Below are positions 29,084-37,822 of a stretch of DNA of 64,000 nt, piece by piece. The position numbers were made by a program, and so were the translations under genes. Location of the stretch: IMG/VR virus record IMGVR_UViG_3300000439_000015, positions 21,208 to 85,207 of that record. One strand, 5' to 3'. The number at the start of each line of letters is the position of its first letter. Position 1 is the first letter of the stretch. The notes below the pieces were generated by a model. That model saw only the letters and a program-made list of their open reading frames with translations. It was not told the DNA's origin and made no database searches. The DNA comes from a virus. Its lineage: Duplodnaviria > Caudoviricetes.

Positions 29084-29447
29084 GGATAACCTCGGCTCTG
29101 GTGATGATGTTGACGTTGGGCAGTCTCTCCAGCATTTGCGCAGGGGGGCGGTTTGGGTAGATGGCGTAGGTTTCCAATCCTGCCGCCACAGCCGCAGCCA
29201 TTTCCACCTTCGCACCCTCACTGGTTGACCAACCCATGAGAACGGCGATTGCGTCACACTCTAGGAGTTCCTTCAGGTGCGCCCTAAACGCCTCTGTGAG
29301 GCCCACAGTCTCGTCTGGGGTATCTCTGCCCCCAGTTGGGTTGTAAACGTCGTATCCGGCCCTCTGAAGGGCATCTGACGCTTTGTTGAAGGCTGGGAAG
29401 TTGCCCTGAGGTAGGCCACGCATTACGCCACTGATGTAAAACTTCAT
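29073..29447 (-). CDS. DUF4406-like (nucleoside deoxyribosyltransferase-fold) protein
   Basis: MKFYISGVMRGLPQGNFPAFNKA...VYNP...LLECDAIAVLMGWSTSEGAKVE. Confidence 0.8.
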   Translation of the reverse strand: MKFYISGVMRGLPQGNFPAFNKASDALQRAGYDVYNPTGGRDTPDETVGLTEAFRAHLKELLECDAIAVLMGWSTSEGAKVEMAAAVAAGLETYAIYPNRPPAQMLERLPNVNIITRAEVIHVK

Positions 29448-29469
29448 AGGCGACCTGCGTTACGGCTTT

Positions 29470-29730
29470 CTACCTAGTGGTTTTCTTAGCGACGGGCTTC
29501 TTGGCAGGAGCGGCCTTCTTGACGGGAGCCTTTTTCACCACGGGGGCCTCTTCTGGCTCAACCGTTGCGGTGAGTTCGGAAATCTCGTCGCTGCTCAACT
29601 TGACAAGGTAGTCAGTGCTGATAAGCGACTGCACGTTTGCCCAGTTGGAAGCGTCAACAAGGTCATTGACTTTGTAGTCAAAATCACCTGCGGACAGCAA
29701 CTTTGTAACACGGTGTGTTGGAGTACTCAT
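29470..29730 (-). CDS. Small capsid-associated protein with Lys/Ala/Pro tail
   Basis: Immediately downstream of major capsid; C-terminal KKAPVKKAAPAKKPVAKK. Confidence 0.6.
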   Translation of the reverse strand: MSTPTHRVTKLLSAGDFDYKVNDLVDASNWANVQSLISTDYLVKLSSDEISELTATVEPEEAPVVKKAPVKKAAPAKKPVAKKTTR

Positions 29731-29756
29731 AGGATTTAGCGTACCACAGTAAAGCA

Positions 29757-29791
29757 AAATCCCCCCCGAACCCGAAGGCCGAGGGGGATTT
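29757..29791 (-). terminator. Intrinsic terminator-like hairpin after major capsid gene
   Basis: aatccccctcggcc-TTCG-ggttcggggggggatt followed by tt on the minus strand. Confidence 0.7.
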
Positions 29792-29809
29792 CACTGAACT
29801 GCTTTGGAA

Positions 29810-30796
29810 CTAGATAATCGAGTTCCAGAAGAAGCCGAGGTCGGCGGCAACAACCTTGTCGTCGAAGGCGATTTCACCTTCAACACGGTCAGCCTTCAAC
29901 TCTTCCATGCGGAAGCGTGAAACACCAACCGTGGTGCCGAGGCCACCCGAAACGCCAGTCCACATAAACGTGTAACCAGCCGAAGGGGTCATCAGACCAG
30001 GGTTAGGAGCCGAGTAGCACAACAGAGCGTTGTTGTTGGCGGTGAAGTTGTACGAGCCGGTCAAGCCTTCGTCAGCGTTGTTGACGACTGCCTTGGCGAC
30101 GAGCACACGGTCAAGACCGAAGAGTTGAGCAATCAAGTCCTCGGTGATGATGGCACCAGCCTGCGTGTACTTGTAGCGGTCAACCAGCGTGGGGTGAGCC
30201 TTCAACTTCTGAAACACGGGGTACGAGAGCACGAGCGTGTTGGGTTCGTAACCAGTGTTCTGAAGAACCTGATACTTGGCCCACTCGATGTCCACGATGG
30301 GCAGACCGTTGGTGTAGTCAGACCACTTGATGGTGGTCGCCGTACCAGCGGTACCTGCACCAGCGGTTACACCGATAGCGTCGGTGCCCCACACGCCACC
30401 CTGAAAGAAGTCCTGCGCCCACTGCACTTCACGGCGCAGCAAGAGACGCTGGGTGACGAACTGCGTCGCTTCCATGTCGGGGTTGAGGGGGTTGTCGGCG
30501 TTAGCACGGGTCTGGTCGCCAATGTCCTTGTGGAAGGCGAACACGTCGGCCTGATAGGTGTCCGTGGTGAGGCCGTAACCTGAACCAGCGGAAGCCGTAC
30601 CGTCGGCACGACGCTGAGCCTCGTCACGGAACCAGTCGTCCTTGGTGTACTTGAAGTAGAGGTTCGACTTCTTGTCCACTGGAACGACAGGGAAAACCTT
30701 GTCCGCAATGAAGTTGTTGGTGTTCTGCAAGTACGCAACCGAGATGTTCGTCAGGATTGCGTCAATGTGAACGTTGTTTACTGATGGCTGTGGCAT
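29810..30796 (-). CDS. Major capsid protein (HK97 fold, lambda gpE-like family)
   Basis: MPQPSVNNVHIDAILTNISVAYLQ...FIADKVFPVVPVDKKS...RREVQWA...DKVVAADLGFFWNSII. Confidence 0.93.
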   Translation of the reverse strand: MPQPSVNNVHIDAILTNISVAYLQNTNNFIADKVFPVVPVDKKSNLYFKYTKDDWFRDEAQRRADGTASAGSGYGLTTDTYQADVFAFHKDIGDQTRANADNPLNPDMEATQFVTQRLLLRREVQWAQDFFQGGVWGTDAIGVTAGAGTAGTATTIKWSDYTNGLPIVDIEWAKYQVLQNTGYEPNTLVLSYPVFQKLKAHPTLVDRYKYTQAGAIITEDLIAQLFGLDRVLVAKAVVNNADEGLTGSYNFTANNNALLCYSAPNPGLMTPSAGYTFMWTGVSGGLGTTVGVSRFRMEELKADRVEGEIAFDDKVVAADLGFFWNSII

Positions 30797-30814
30797 GTTA
30801 TTTCACAGTCCTTT

Positions 30815-31552
30815 CTAGATAGCACGCACGGCGGCGGCAGCCGACAGAGCGAGGGTGATAACGTCACCAGCAGCCGAGGCTGGGGTGAGCGCAGTACCAA
30901 CGACAAACGGAATCGTCGTTGACGTGACGTTCGTACCCGACAGGTAGAACGTGGTCGAAACCGCACGACCTGAACTGTCAACCGTGATGGGAGCGCCAGC
31001 GGTAACGGCAGCGCCAGCAATCACCTTCGTGATGCCCGAAATCGTGATTTCGGCCTCAGAGTTGCCCTCAACACCAGAGTTGGAGTTCAACTTGGTGATG
31101 GGCTGGTTCTGAAGAACACCGACGGGACGGTCAGAAGCAGCCGTGACGAGGGTGGCAACAGGGCCGCTCTGGTAGGGCTGCGACGAAGGGGTCACGTTGG
31201 CGGTGACGGTAGCCGAGGTCAGCGCCAGAACCGAGAGGTTCACGGCGGTGATGTTGGTACCACTGTAGGTAATGCCCGTGATGAAGGCACCAGCAGGAAT
31301 CTGCGAGGTACCAGCAGCAGCGGTGACGGGAGCGCCAAGGACGATTCCAGCACTCGACGCAACAGTGATGCCAGTAATCTGGCTGCTGTTGGTGGTCGTG
31401 GTACCAGTGAAAGCGGCGGACGACAAGCCTGCAACCTTCACGAACTTGAACTGTGGCGAGGACGACACGATTCCGTTGGTGATGGTTGAGTTCAGGGTGT
31501 TGTCAGCCGTCATCGTAATCTTGACGGCGTAGGGATTCTGCTCGAAAGCCAT
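30815..31552 (-). CDS. Capsid decoration/cement protein (DUF2190-like) with inserted beta module
   Basis: QFKFVKV...RPVGVLQNQP...GITKVIAGAAVTAGAPITVDSSGRAV...ASAAGDVI; sits between scaffold and capsid. Confidence 0.8.
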   Translation of the reverse strand: MAFEQNPYAVKITMTADNTLNSTITNGIVSSSPQFKFVKVAGLSSAAFTGTTTTNSSQITGITVASSAGIVLGAPVTAAAGTSQIPAGAFITGITYSGTNITAVNLSVLALTSATVTANVTPSSQPYQSGPVATLVTAASDRPVGVLQNQPITKLNSNSGVEGNSEAEITISGITKVIAGAAVTAGAPITVDSSGRAVSTTFYLSGTNVTSTTIPFVVGTALTPASAAGDVITLALSAAAAVRAI

Positions 31553-31555
31553 GGC

Positions 31556-32371
31556 TTAGCGACCTTTCTCGTTGAGGTAAGACGTGTACAGGTCGGGGTT
31601 GCTCTGGGCGACAGACATCAGCGCAGCCTCGAACGAAGGAGCGGTACCGGCAGAAACAGCAGCCTTGGCAAGCGATTCCATCTTCGAGTAAGCGTCGTCG
31701 GTCATGACGGGAGCGTCCGAACCAACCTCAGTGAAAACAACGTTGGTTTCCACGAGGGCGTTAGCACTGTCGAGGGCCTTGACGATTTCGCCAGCGAGAA
31801 CGCCGTCGGATTCGGAAAGGCGACGAAGGGCAGGGCCAACAATCGTAGGGTCAATGTTGAGGTGCGACCAGCCAGCAGCCTTGATGACAGCAGCCTCATC
31901 AGCACGAGCCTCACGCTCGGCAATAAGGGCAGCCTCAGAAGCAGCAGCCTTGCGAAGGGCAGCCTCGGCGTTAGCCGAAGCCTCGTCCAGCATCTTGCGA
32001 ATAGCCTGTGGCATCGCCTTGATGATGTCAGCCTCGCTCGCAGCCTCAGGAACGATGACAACTTCGGTCATCTCTGAAACTTCAGACATAGTTTTCTCCT
32101 TGAAAACTTTGAGGGTTTCCAAAACAGCGTTCGCTGCCTTGGCGGTGTCCAGTAAAATCTCGTCTGCTTCGATTTCCTCAGCAGGCAACTCGGTTACCTC
32201 TTCAACAGGGGCAACTTCGTCCGAGACTTCAGTGGGACGGAGTTCGTCAAGCACCGCTTCAGCATCCGCAGGGCTTGCCGACTTCATTACTACCCAACCA
32301 TCGTGCAGGTGCGCAGGGTGGTCAACACCCGACGTTTCCTTGATGCTCAGTTTCACAAGTTTGCGAGCCAT
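31556..32371 (-). CDS. Capsid scaffolding protein
   Basis: N-terminal IKETSGVDHPAH...VVMKSA motif, acidic linker, helical C-terminus ending ...NPDLYTSYLNEKGR; upstream of decoration and capsid genes. Confidence 0.8.
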   Translation of the reverse strand: MARKLVKLSIKETSGVDHPAHLHDGWVVMKSASPADAEAVLDELRPTEVSDEVAPVEEVTELPAEEIEADEILLDTAKAANAVLETLKVFKEKTMSEVSEMTEVVIVPEAASEADIIKAMPQAIRKMLDEASANAEAALRKAAASEAALIAEREARADEAAVIKAAGWSHLNIDPTIVGPALRRLSESDGVLAGEIVKALDSANALVETNVVFTEVGSDAPVMTDDAYSKMESLAKAAVSAGTAPSFEAALMSVAQSNPDLYTSYLNEKGR

Positions 32372-32428
32372 TCGCTTCTGCTTTCTACGACTTGACCAAA
32401 CGGGAACCCGTAGGTCTTGACATAGTGA

Positions 32429-32456
32429 ACAGTAGAGGCAGTTTTGGAAATGTCAA
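32429..32456 (-). promoter_or_regulatory. Late-type promoter for scaffold/capsid operon
   Basis: Minus strand TTGACA-TTTCCAAAA-ctgcctc-TACTGT. Confidence 0.6.
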
Positions 32457-32486
32457 GTGTCAAATACTTGACACGACGAAAGACGA

Positions 32487-33302
32487 CTAAAAGGGGTCGT
32501 CGGAGATGGTGGAATAGAGGGGGCAAATGTCCTTGAACGAGCACCACTTATCGCACAGATTGTTGGCGATTGGTGGGAAGTAGCCAGCGTTGTACCAGCC
32601 CTCAATCTTCGCCCACGCCTCTCGCACACGGCGCTCTGCGTATAGGACATCTTCGTCGGTGACATCAATCACCAGCGTCTTGCCGAACTGAACGTAGAGC
32701 AGTCGAATCTGCTTGGGGCGCTCTCCAAGAACTTGCTCACACAGGTAGGCGTAAATCTTGGCAGGTAGAATGGCTGCCGCTTTGTACTTGTCGGTAGGGA
32801 CTTTGCCAGTCTTGTAGTCCACAATCACCAACGAGCCGTCAGGGTCACGGTCTAAGCGGTCTAGGATGCCACGGAGCGTCCATCCGCCCATGTCTACGTC
32901 CATCTTGATTTCGATGCCCTCTGAGGTGATTTCCTCTGGGTTCTCCATCGTGAAGTAGGTGCGGATGTACTTGGCGAGGTCACGGGCGAACGTTTGCACG
33001 CCGACCTCATCGAGTTCCATTTCACCAGCAATCTCGTCGCTCACGAGCGTGGGGAATAACTCACGCATCACTTCGAGGGTGTAGTCGAGGGTGCGGAGTT
33101 CGGGTGTCTCGGTGGTTCGCAGGAACACGGTTTCCAGCACTTCGTGGAACACGGTGCCACGGTAAGTCGCCATCTTCTTCGCCTCTGGGAGACGCTCGAT
33201 GGTGGAATACTGATACTGACGTGGGCACGTCTCGATTTGGTTCACTCGGCTAGGTGATACGCCATAGGGCTTTTCGCCTAGATACACAGGAGCGCTCGAC
33301 AC
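32487..33302 (-). CDS. RecB-family PD-(D/E)XK exonuclease with probable Fe-S cysteines
   Basis: VSPSRVNQIETCP...GTVFH...LRGILDRLD...IVDYKTG...YAYL...LCDKWCSFKDICP. Confidence 0.9.
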   Translation of the reverse strand: MSSAPVYLGEKPYGVSPSRVNQIETCPRQYQYSTIERLPEAKKMATYRGTVFHEVLETVFLRTTETPELRTLDYTLEVMRELFPTLVSDEIAGEMELDEVGVQTFARDLAKYIRTYFTMENPEEITSEGIEIKMDVDMGGWTLRGILDRLDRDPDGSLVIVDYKTGKVPTDKYKAAAILPAKIYAYLCEQVLGERPKQIRLLYVQFGKTLVIDVTDEDVLYAERRVREAWAKIEGWYNAGYFPPIANNLCDKWCSFKDICPLYSTISDDPF

Positions 33303-33329
33303 GATGTCAACCTTATCAGTTGGGTGATG

Positions 33330-33602
33330 CTAGATGGTGGACTGCGTAATGGGGCTGATGAACGTGTTGTATTCGATTGACGACTTCAACACCCGTGCCA
33401 TCTTTTCACCAGTGCGCAACGCTTCTTTGCGGTTCTTGCAGTAAATGGAGAAATCGGAGACGGGGGTGATTACACCAGTGAACGCTTCGTTACGGATGAG
33501 ACGCAGTTCGCCGTACTCTTTGTTCTGCCAAGCGACCAAACGGTAAGGGCCTAACTTGGCTTCCTGTTGACCAAAGTCATCAGGCTCAGTCCATTTCAGC
33601 AA
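33330..33602 (-). CDS. Hypothetical protein
   Basis: Open frame abutting the upstream stop; start uncertain (TTG). Confidence 0.45.
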   Translation of the reverse strand: MLKWTEPDDFGQQEAKLGPYRLVAWQNKEYGELRLIRNEAFTGVITPVSDFSIYCKNRKEALRTGEKMARVLKSSIEYNTFISPITQSTI

Positions 33603-33603
33603 C

Positions 33604-33891
33604 TTACGCAACTTCAACGGCAGAACCCGTGGTTTCCTCGGCGTACTGGACAAGGTGGCTGGCGGTAGCAAGAGTGCTCAGACTGTCAATCTGGCCTTCC
33701 AACTTGGTGATGTGGTCGCCTGCCTCGATGACGGCCTTGGTGAGGCGCTCGTTGTCGGCTGCCAACTGCGTAAGCGTGGCGCTCTGCTTGTGGGCGAGGT
33801 TGATAAGGGCGGTGATGTCATTGTCGTCAGGGGTGCCCTGCACGACGGCCTTCATGATGCGTTCGGTCAGTTCGTCTAGGTTGCTGCTCAT
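33604..33891 (-). CDS. Hypothetical coiled-coil protein
   Basis: MSSNLDELTERIMKAVV...; GGAG-like RBS upstream. Confidence 0.55.
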   Translation of the reverse strand: MSSNLDELTERIMKAVVQGTPDDNDITALINLAHKQSATLTQLAADNERLTKAVIEAGDHITKLEGQIDSLSTLATASHLVQYAEETTGSAVEVA

Positions 33892-33949
33892 AACACTCTC
33901 CTTGGTAGGGGGGTTGCCTAACTCTAGTGTATCACCACTATTTATGAAA

Positions 33950-34312
33950 TCAGACATTCCCAACGTATCGGAGCACGGCGGCGTTCTCGAAGGTTGTTTT
34001 GGCGGTGTATTCCACCTCAGTTGTTTTGCCGCAGTCGTTGCACTGAAGGGGCATGGGGTTAGCGATTTTGCGAACTCGCCAGTCGTGAGAGCAGTAGCGA
34101 ACATCACCATTGTTGACAAGACGGATGTTGCGTCCGTTTGCGCCAACCTTGATTAGCCCTTGTTGCTCTAGTGCTTTGAGGTGAACCGAGATGGTAGAGG
34201 TCGAAGAGATGCCCACACCAGCACCTATGGTGCGATACGTCGGGGCGTAGCCGAGATTATCCCAGTGCCAGCCGATGTATTTGAGTATCTTGTCCCGTGT
34301 ACCTGTAGCCAT
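33950..34312 (-). CDS. LexA-type winged-helix DNA-binding protein with C-terminal His/Cys motif, no peptidase domain
   Basis: RDKILKYIGWHWDNLGYAPTYRTIGAGVGISSTSTISVHLKALEQQGLIK; CSH...CNDC. Confidence 0.85.
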   Translation of the reverse strand: MATGTRDKILKYIGWHWDNLGYAPTYRTIGAGVGISSTSTISVHLKALEQQGLIKVGANGRNIRLVNNGDVRYCSHDWRVRKIANPMPLQCNDCGKTTEVEYTAKTTFENAAVLRYVGNV

Positions 34313-34336
34313 TCACCACAGCGTAGCAGGGTTTAG

Positions 34337-34816
34337 TTATTCGGCGTGAGTGTTGGCAAGCATGCCAGTGGCGGTATCAGCATTGAAGGAAGCGATTGCC
34401 GCCCTCTGAGCCAAAGCCTGAGCCGCTGGGTCTTTCTCGTATGACGCTTGTCCGCCCAATGGGGCGATGTGGTCGAGAATGGCCTCGTGAGCCTGCGCTG
34501 CATCGAGGTGGGCCTGAATCGCACGGGTCGCACGCATGCGGTCACCGTTAGACATTTCACTGCTGTGCTTCAGAACCATGTTCTTGATTCCTTCGGCGGT
34601 GGTGCGGTGAATCTGGGCGAGGGGCTTGGTCAGGCCATTGGAGATGCCGATGCCACGAGCGAAGTTCTGGGCGTTGGTGGAAAGGAAGTGCGAACTGCTC
34701 ACGGCCTTTTCCATGTCTGCACCCGACTGCCACTGGTTGCCGTGGAAAGCGTGGCCCTTGACATCACCCTTAGCCAACTGTACCCACGCAATGATTTCGT
34801 TGTTCAGATTGTCCAT
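34337..34816 (-). CDS. GHxFxGNQ-motif cargo protein (EIxxW leader), Ala/His-rich
   Basis: MDNLNNEIIAWVQLAK-GDVKGHAFHGNQW... Confidence 0.75.
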   Translation of the reverse strand: MDNLNNEIIAWVQLAKGDVKGHAFHGNQWQSGADMEKAVSSSHFLSTNAQNFARGIGISNGLTKPLAQIHRTTAEGIKNMVLKHSSEMSNGDRMRATRAIQAHLDAAQAHEAILDHIAPLGGQASYEKDPAAQALAQRAAIASFNADTATGMLANTHAE

Positions 34817-35352
34817 TAGATACCTTCCGAGAAACTTCCAACGCCAGCGGCTTGCTCGGCGCTACGGACGTTGTTTTCAGCAGCATCAACCTTATCTTGT
34901 GCGTCACTCATACGTTGTCCCGTGGCGTGGGCTGGGTCGGCGTTGGTGATTGTGTCACGGTTCGCCTCAAAGTTTTTGGTGTCACGGGCTGCACTTGCCA
35001 AACCAGCGTGGGCGTTGGCTGCGCTTTCGTGGGCGGTGGCAACATCACGGAGTTTTCCAGCCATTGAGCCAGTCGCCTTGTCTGCCATTGCGTGGTACAT
35101 CTGGGCTTGCTGATTGTGCGAAGCGCTTTGCTGCGTTGAGGTGGCTTCAGCGTTGCGACCTGCGTTCATCATGTCGTTTGCACCCCAGCGGCCTGGGTCT
35201 ACACGACGGGCTGGCTGTGCTGAAGCGCCAGTCGGGATGCCGCCAGTGTGCTGGTTCCCATTGAAGGCATGGCCTGCGGTTTCGTACTTCAAGATTTCAC
35301 CAACCTTGGCCCAGTTTGGGGCAAGTGCGTCTGTTGAGAAAGGGTTTGTCAT
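34816..35352 (-). CDS. GHxFxGNQ-motif cargo protein (FSTDAL leader)
   Basis: MTNPFSTDALAPNWAKVGEILK-YETAGHAFNGNQHTGG... Confidence 0.75.
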   Translation of the reverse strand: MTNPFSTDALAPNWAKVGEILKYETAGHAFNGNQHTGGIPTGASAQPARRVDPGRWGANDMMNAGRNAEATSTQQSASHNQQAQMYHAMADKATGSMAGKLRDVATAHESAANAHAGLASAARDTKNFEANRDTITNADPAHATGQRMSDAQDKVDAAENNVRSAEQAAGVGSFSEGI

Positions 35353-35356
35353 TTGA

Positions 35357-36292
35357 TTACATTCCTTCGTCTGCGCCCGTGGCACTACCTAGGCGTTCGG
35401 CAACCATGCTGGCACCTCGTGCAAGCATGGTGTTGTCACGGAGAATAGGACTTGTTGAGCCGCTTGCGTGTTGTTCGGCAACCCAGTTGTGAAGTTCTGC
35501 GGCGTGGTCGTGGGCGGCGATTGCCGACTTCAGAGCGCCCTGCTTCTCAGGGTTAGTCTCCTTGGCAAGGGCGTTTTTCAGCACTTGGCTGGCAATGCCG
35601 TGCTCGAAGGCTGCTGCACGGTGGGCGTTGGCGATTTGTGCGCCAGTACCACCGTGCTGAACAAGGTCACGAGCGTGCGAGGCAGCCATGAGAGCAGACC
35701 AGCCAGCGCCGTCCCGTCGTACATGGTCAAAGCCCTTGTCGAAGGGGTTTGAGGCGTACTGATTGCCGTGAAACTCGTGGCCCTTTACGTCGCCCTTCGT
35801 CACAAAAGACTTTTCAGCACCAGAGAGGATGACGTTGCCGTCGGTCACGCCTGCATTGCGACCAGACGTTGCCTTCATGGTTGCATCGGCGGCTTTCAGG
35901 GTGTTTTCAGCACTGGGGTTGTCGGCAGCGGCGTAGTGTGCGGCTGCTGCGGCTTCGTGCAACTTGGCGGCACCCTCTTCCATTGCGTATGAACGCCCGT
36001 TGGGGTTGTGGTAACTGGCGACAAGTTGACGCAAGCGCCCTGCCTCTTCGAGGTGCATACGAGCCATGCGGTCATGGGCCATGGTAGAAACGGTTGGCGA
36101 CTTTTTGCCTGCGCTCGCTGCCATCTGCGACGCTCGGTCACGAAGTGAGTTCAGAGCATCCCGTGTTTCACCAGTGGAACGAGCCGTGTATTGGTTCCCG
36201 TTGAAAGCATGGCCTGCCAACTCGTACTTCAGGATTTCACTGGCGGACTTCCAAACTGGAACCAGTGCGTCAGTAGAGAAGGGGTTTGTCAT
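35357..36292 (-). CDS. Two-unit GHxFxGNQ-motif cargo polyprotein
   Basis: MTNPFSTDALVPVWKSASEILK-YELAGHAFNGNQYT... plus internal FVTK-GDVKGHEFHGNQY. Confidence 0.75.
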   Translation of the reverse strand: MTNPFSTDALVPVWKSASEILKYELAGHAFNGNQYTARSTGETRDALNSLRDRASQMAASAGKKSPTVSTMAHDRMARMHLEEAGRLRQLVASYHNPNGRSYAMEEGAAKLHEAAAAAHYAAADNPSAENTLKAADATMKATSGRNAGVTDGNVILSGAEKSFVTKGDVKGHEFHGNQYASNPFDKGFDHVRRDGAGWSALMAASHARDLVQHGGTGAQIANAHRAAAFEHGIASQVLKNALAKETNPEKQGALKSAIAAHDHAAELHNWVAEQHASGSTSPILRDNTMLARGASMVAERLGSATGADEGM

Positions 36293-36302
36293 TATGTTTT
36301 CC

Positions 36303-36734
36303 TCACTTTGGCAGGTCAGCGTTGCCGTAGTGGTTTACCGCAGCCATTGTCTGGTTTACTGCCTTGGAAGCGTCTGTCGCTACGTTCTTGTTGCTGTAGT
36401 CCGCAACCTTGGCCCACGTCTTTTGAGCAGCGAGGTGCGCTTGGGCGAGGGCGTTCAGGTTGCCAGCAACGTCTTTGTAGCCAGTTTCGTTTCGTGCTGC
36501 CATTGCTTTGGCTGCTTCACCACGGTGGTACTCCGCCATGCCCAAAGCGTCTGCACGGTTTGGTGCACCGCCAATACGGTCACTGCCAACTTTGGCTGCT
36601 CGTCGCACAATGTTGTCCGTTCTGCCCGAAGTGAACTGGTTGCCGTGAAAGGGGTGACCATCAACGTCGCCTTTAGCCACGGGGTAGCGAGAGAGTGACT
36701 TGAGTAGTTCGTCGGTGTGGAAGCCAGATGACAC
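36303..36734 (-). CDS. GHxFxGNQ-motif cargo protein
   Basis: MSSGFHTDELLKSLSRYPVAK-GDVDGHPFHGNQFT... Confidence 0.75.
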   Translation of the reverse strand: MSSGFHTDELLKSLSRYPVAKGDVDGHPFHGNQFTSGRTDNIVRRAAKVGSDRIGGAPNRADALGMAEYHRGEAAKAMAARNETGYKDVAGNLNALAQAHLAAQKTWAKVADYSNKNVATDASKAVNQTMAAVNHYGNADLPK

Positions 36735-36916
36735 GAGGTTCTCCTTGTAGGGATTTCTACCTCAGATACTACGCCACGATTTCCTAAACCGATGTTCCAA
36801 AACCCCATTGACGGTGGTGATAAACGGTGCTAGACTTCGCCCGACTGACTTGGGGGCGCTGGACACAACGCCAAGTACATTCACACCGACCCCTGCCGAA
36901 AGGTGGGGGATTCGGT

Positions 36917-37414
36917 TTATTGGGGCCTGTTTGCGTCCCAAAGTGAGGTGAAATGGCCTCGCTCCGCTTCGCCAATGTGCTCCAAGAGCAGGTATCCATC
37001 GAGATGGTCTGTCTCGTGCTGAAAGATGCGAGCGAGCAATCCTTCCCCGTCAATCCTGTACTGGTTCCCGTCAAGGTCAAGGGCCGTCAAGGTCGCTTTG
37101 TACGAGCGGCTGATTTGCCACCCGAACTTGGGCACCGACAAGCATCCTTCGGGCGTGACCTCGATGTCAAGGGGGTCAGTGAAAACCTCTGGGTTGATGG
37201 CGACGTGAGCGCCCGTGCCGTCGCCGCTGTCCCAAACGAACATGCGGTGCGAGTAGCCGATTTGGTTGGCGGCAAGCCCAACACCGAGGTGAAAGTACAT
37301 GGCCTCAACCATCTCGGCGGCAATCATCTTGATGTTGTCTGTGATTTCACTGACCGAGGTCGTGGGGGCTTCCAAAATGGGGTCGCCATAGAAACGCAGG
37401 GCTGGGATGTTCAT
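36917..37414 (-). CDS. def: Peptide deformylase
   Basis: All three PDF motifs present: GVGLAANQIG, EGCLS, HETDHLDG. Confidence 0.95.
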   Translation of the reverse strand: MNIPALRFYGDPILEAPTTSVSEITDNIKMIAAEMVEAMYFHLGVGLAANQIGYSHRMFVWDSGDGTGAHVAINPEVFTDPLDIEVTPEGCLSVPKFGWQISRSYKATLTALDLDGNQYRIDGEGLLARIFQHETDHLDGYLLLEHIGEAERGHFTSLWDANRPQ

Positions 37415-37677
37415 CGTGCGCCCATCTCTCTCTTTGCCTCTTCGAGCAGTTCGGCGGTGAAGTCCTCTGGCGACAGTTCGGTCTTGGCGTGGGCCATCAA
37501 CTTGCCGCAAGCGATGCTGAACGCCCATGTGTACAGGCTGAGTTCCTCGTCGAGGTGCGTCAACTCCTTGCGGTAGCCGAGAACCATCTGGTCGTGCTTG
37601 GCAATCAGCCCTGCCGTCCCAGTGCGCATGGTAGCCAACTTCTCTTCGAGGTCGGCAATCTGCTCCGACTTACGCAC
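37411..37677 (-). CDS. Hypothetical coiled-coil protein
   Basis: 88 aa; overlaps neighbours by 4-8 nt. Confidence 0.6.
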   Translation of the reverse strand: MRKSEQIADLEEKLATMRTGTAGLIAKHDQMVLGYRKELTHLDEELSLYTWAFSIACGKLMAHAKTELSPEDFTAELLEEAKREMGAR

Positions 37678-37822
37678 GGTACTTCTCTGGCACTGGGCCT
37701 GTGTACGGAGCGCCGTTCAGGTCTGAGGTGAACGGGAAACGTGTCGAGCACTGCTGGCACATGACGTAGGTCTTAGCGCCTGCGTTCATCAGAATCCACT
37801 TGTGGAAGGCGCAACTAGCCAT
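37670..37822 (-). CDS. Small Cys/His (Zn-ribbon-like) protein, 50 aa
   Basis: MASCAFHKWILMNAGAKTYVMCQQCSTRFP...; below the track length cut-off; operonic overlaps. Confidence 0.5.
   Translation of the reverse strand: MASCAFHKWILMNAGAKTYVMCQQCSTRFPFTSDLNGAPYTGPVPEKYRA

Noticed and set aside
31704-32420. 238-aa plus-strand ORF antisense to scaffold (and similar antisense ORFs over tape measure, capsid and portal)
   Set aside because: Typical high-GC antisense shadows with no promoter, RBS or recognisable motifs
32487-33302. Cas4-like nuclease implying a CRISPR system
   Set aside because: It is a RecB/PD-(D/E)XK family exonuclease common in phages. No repeat-spacer array or other cas genes are seen in the window.
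36766-36787. Possible sixth late promoter (TTAGGAAAT-N7-TAGTAT) upstream of cargo 36303-36734
   Set aside because: The spacing fits but the upstream box deviates from TTTC(C/T)AAA, so it was not counted
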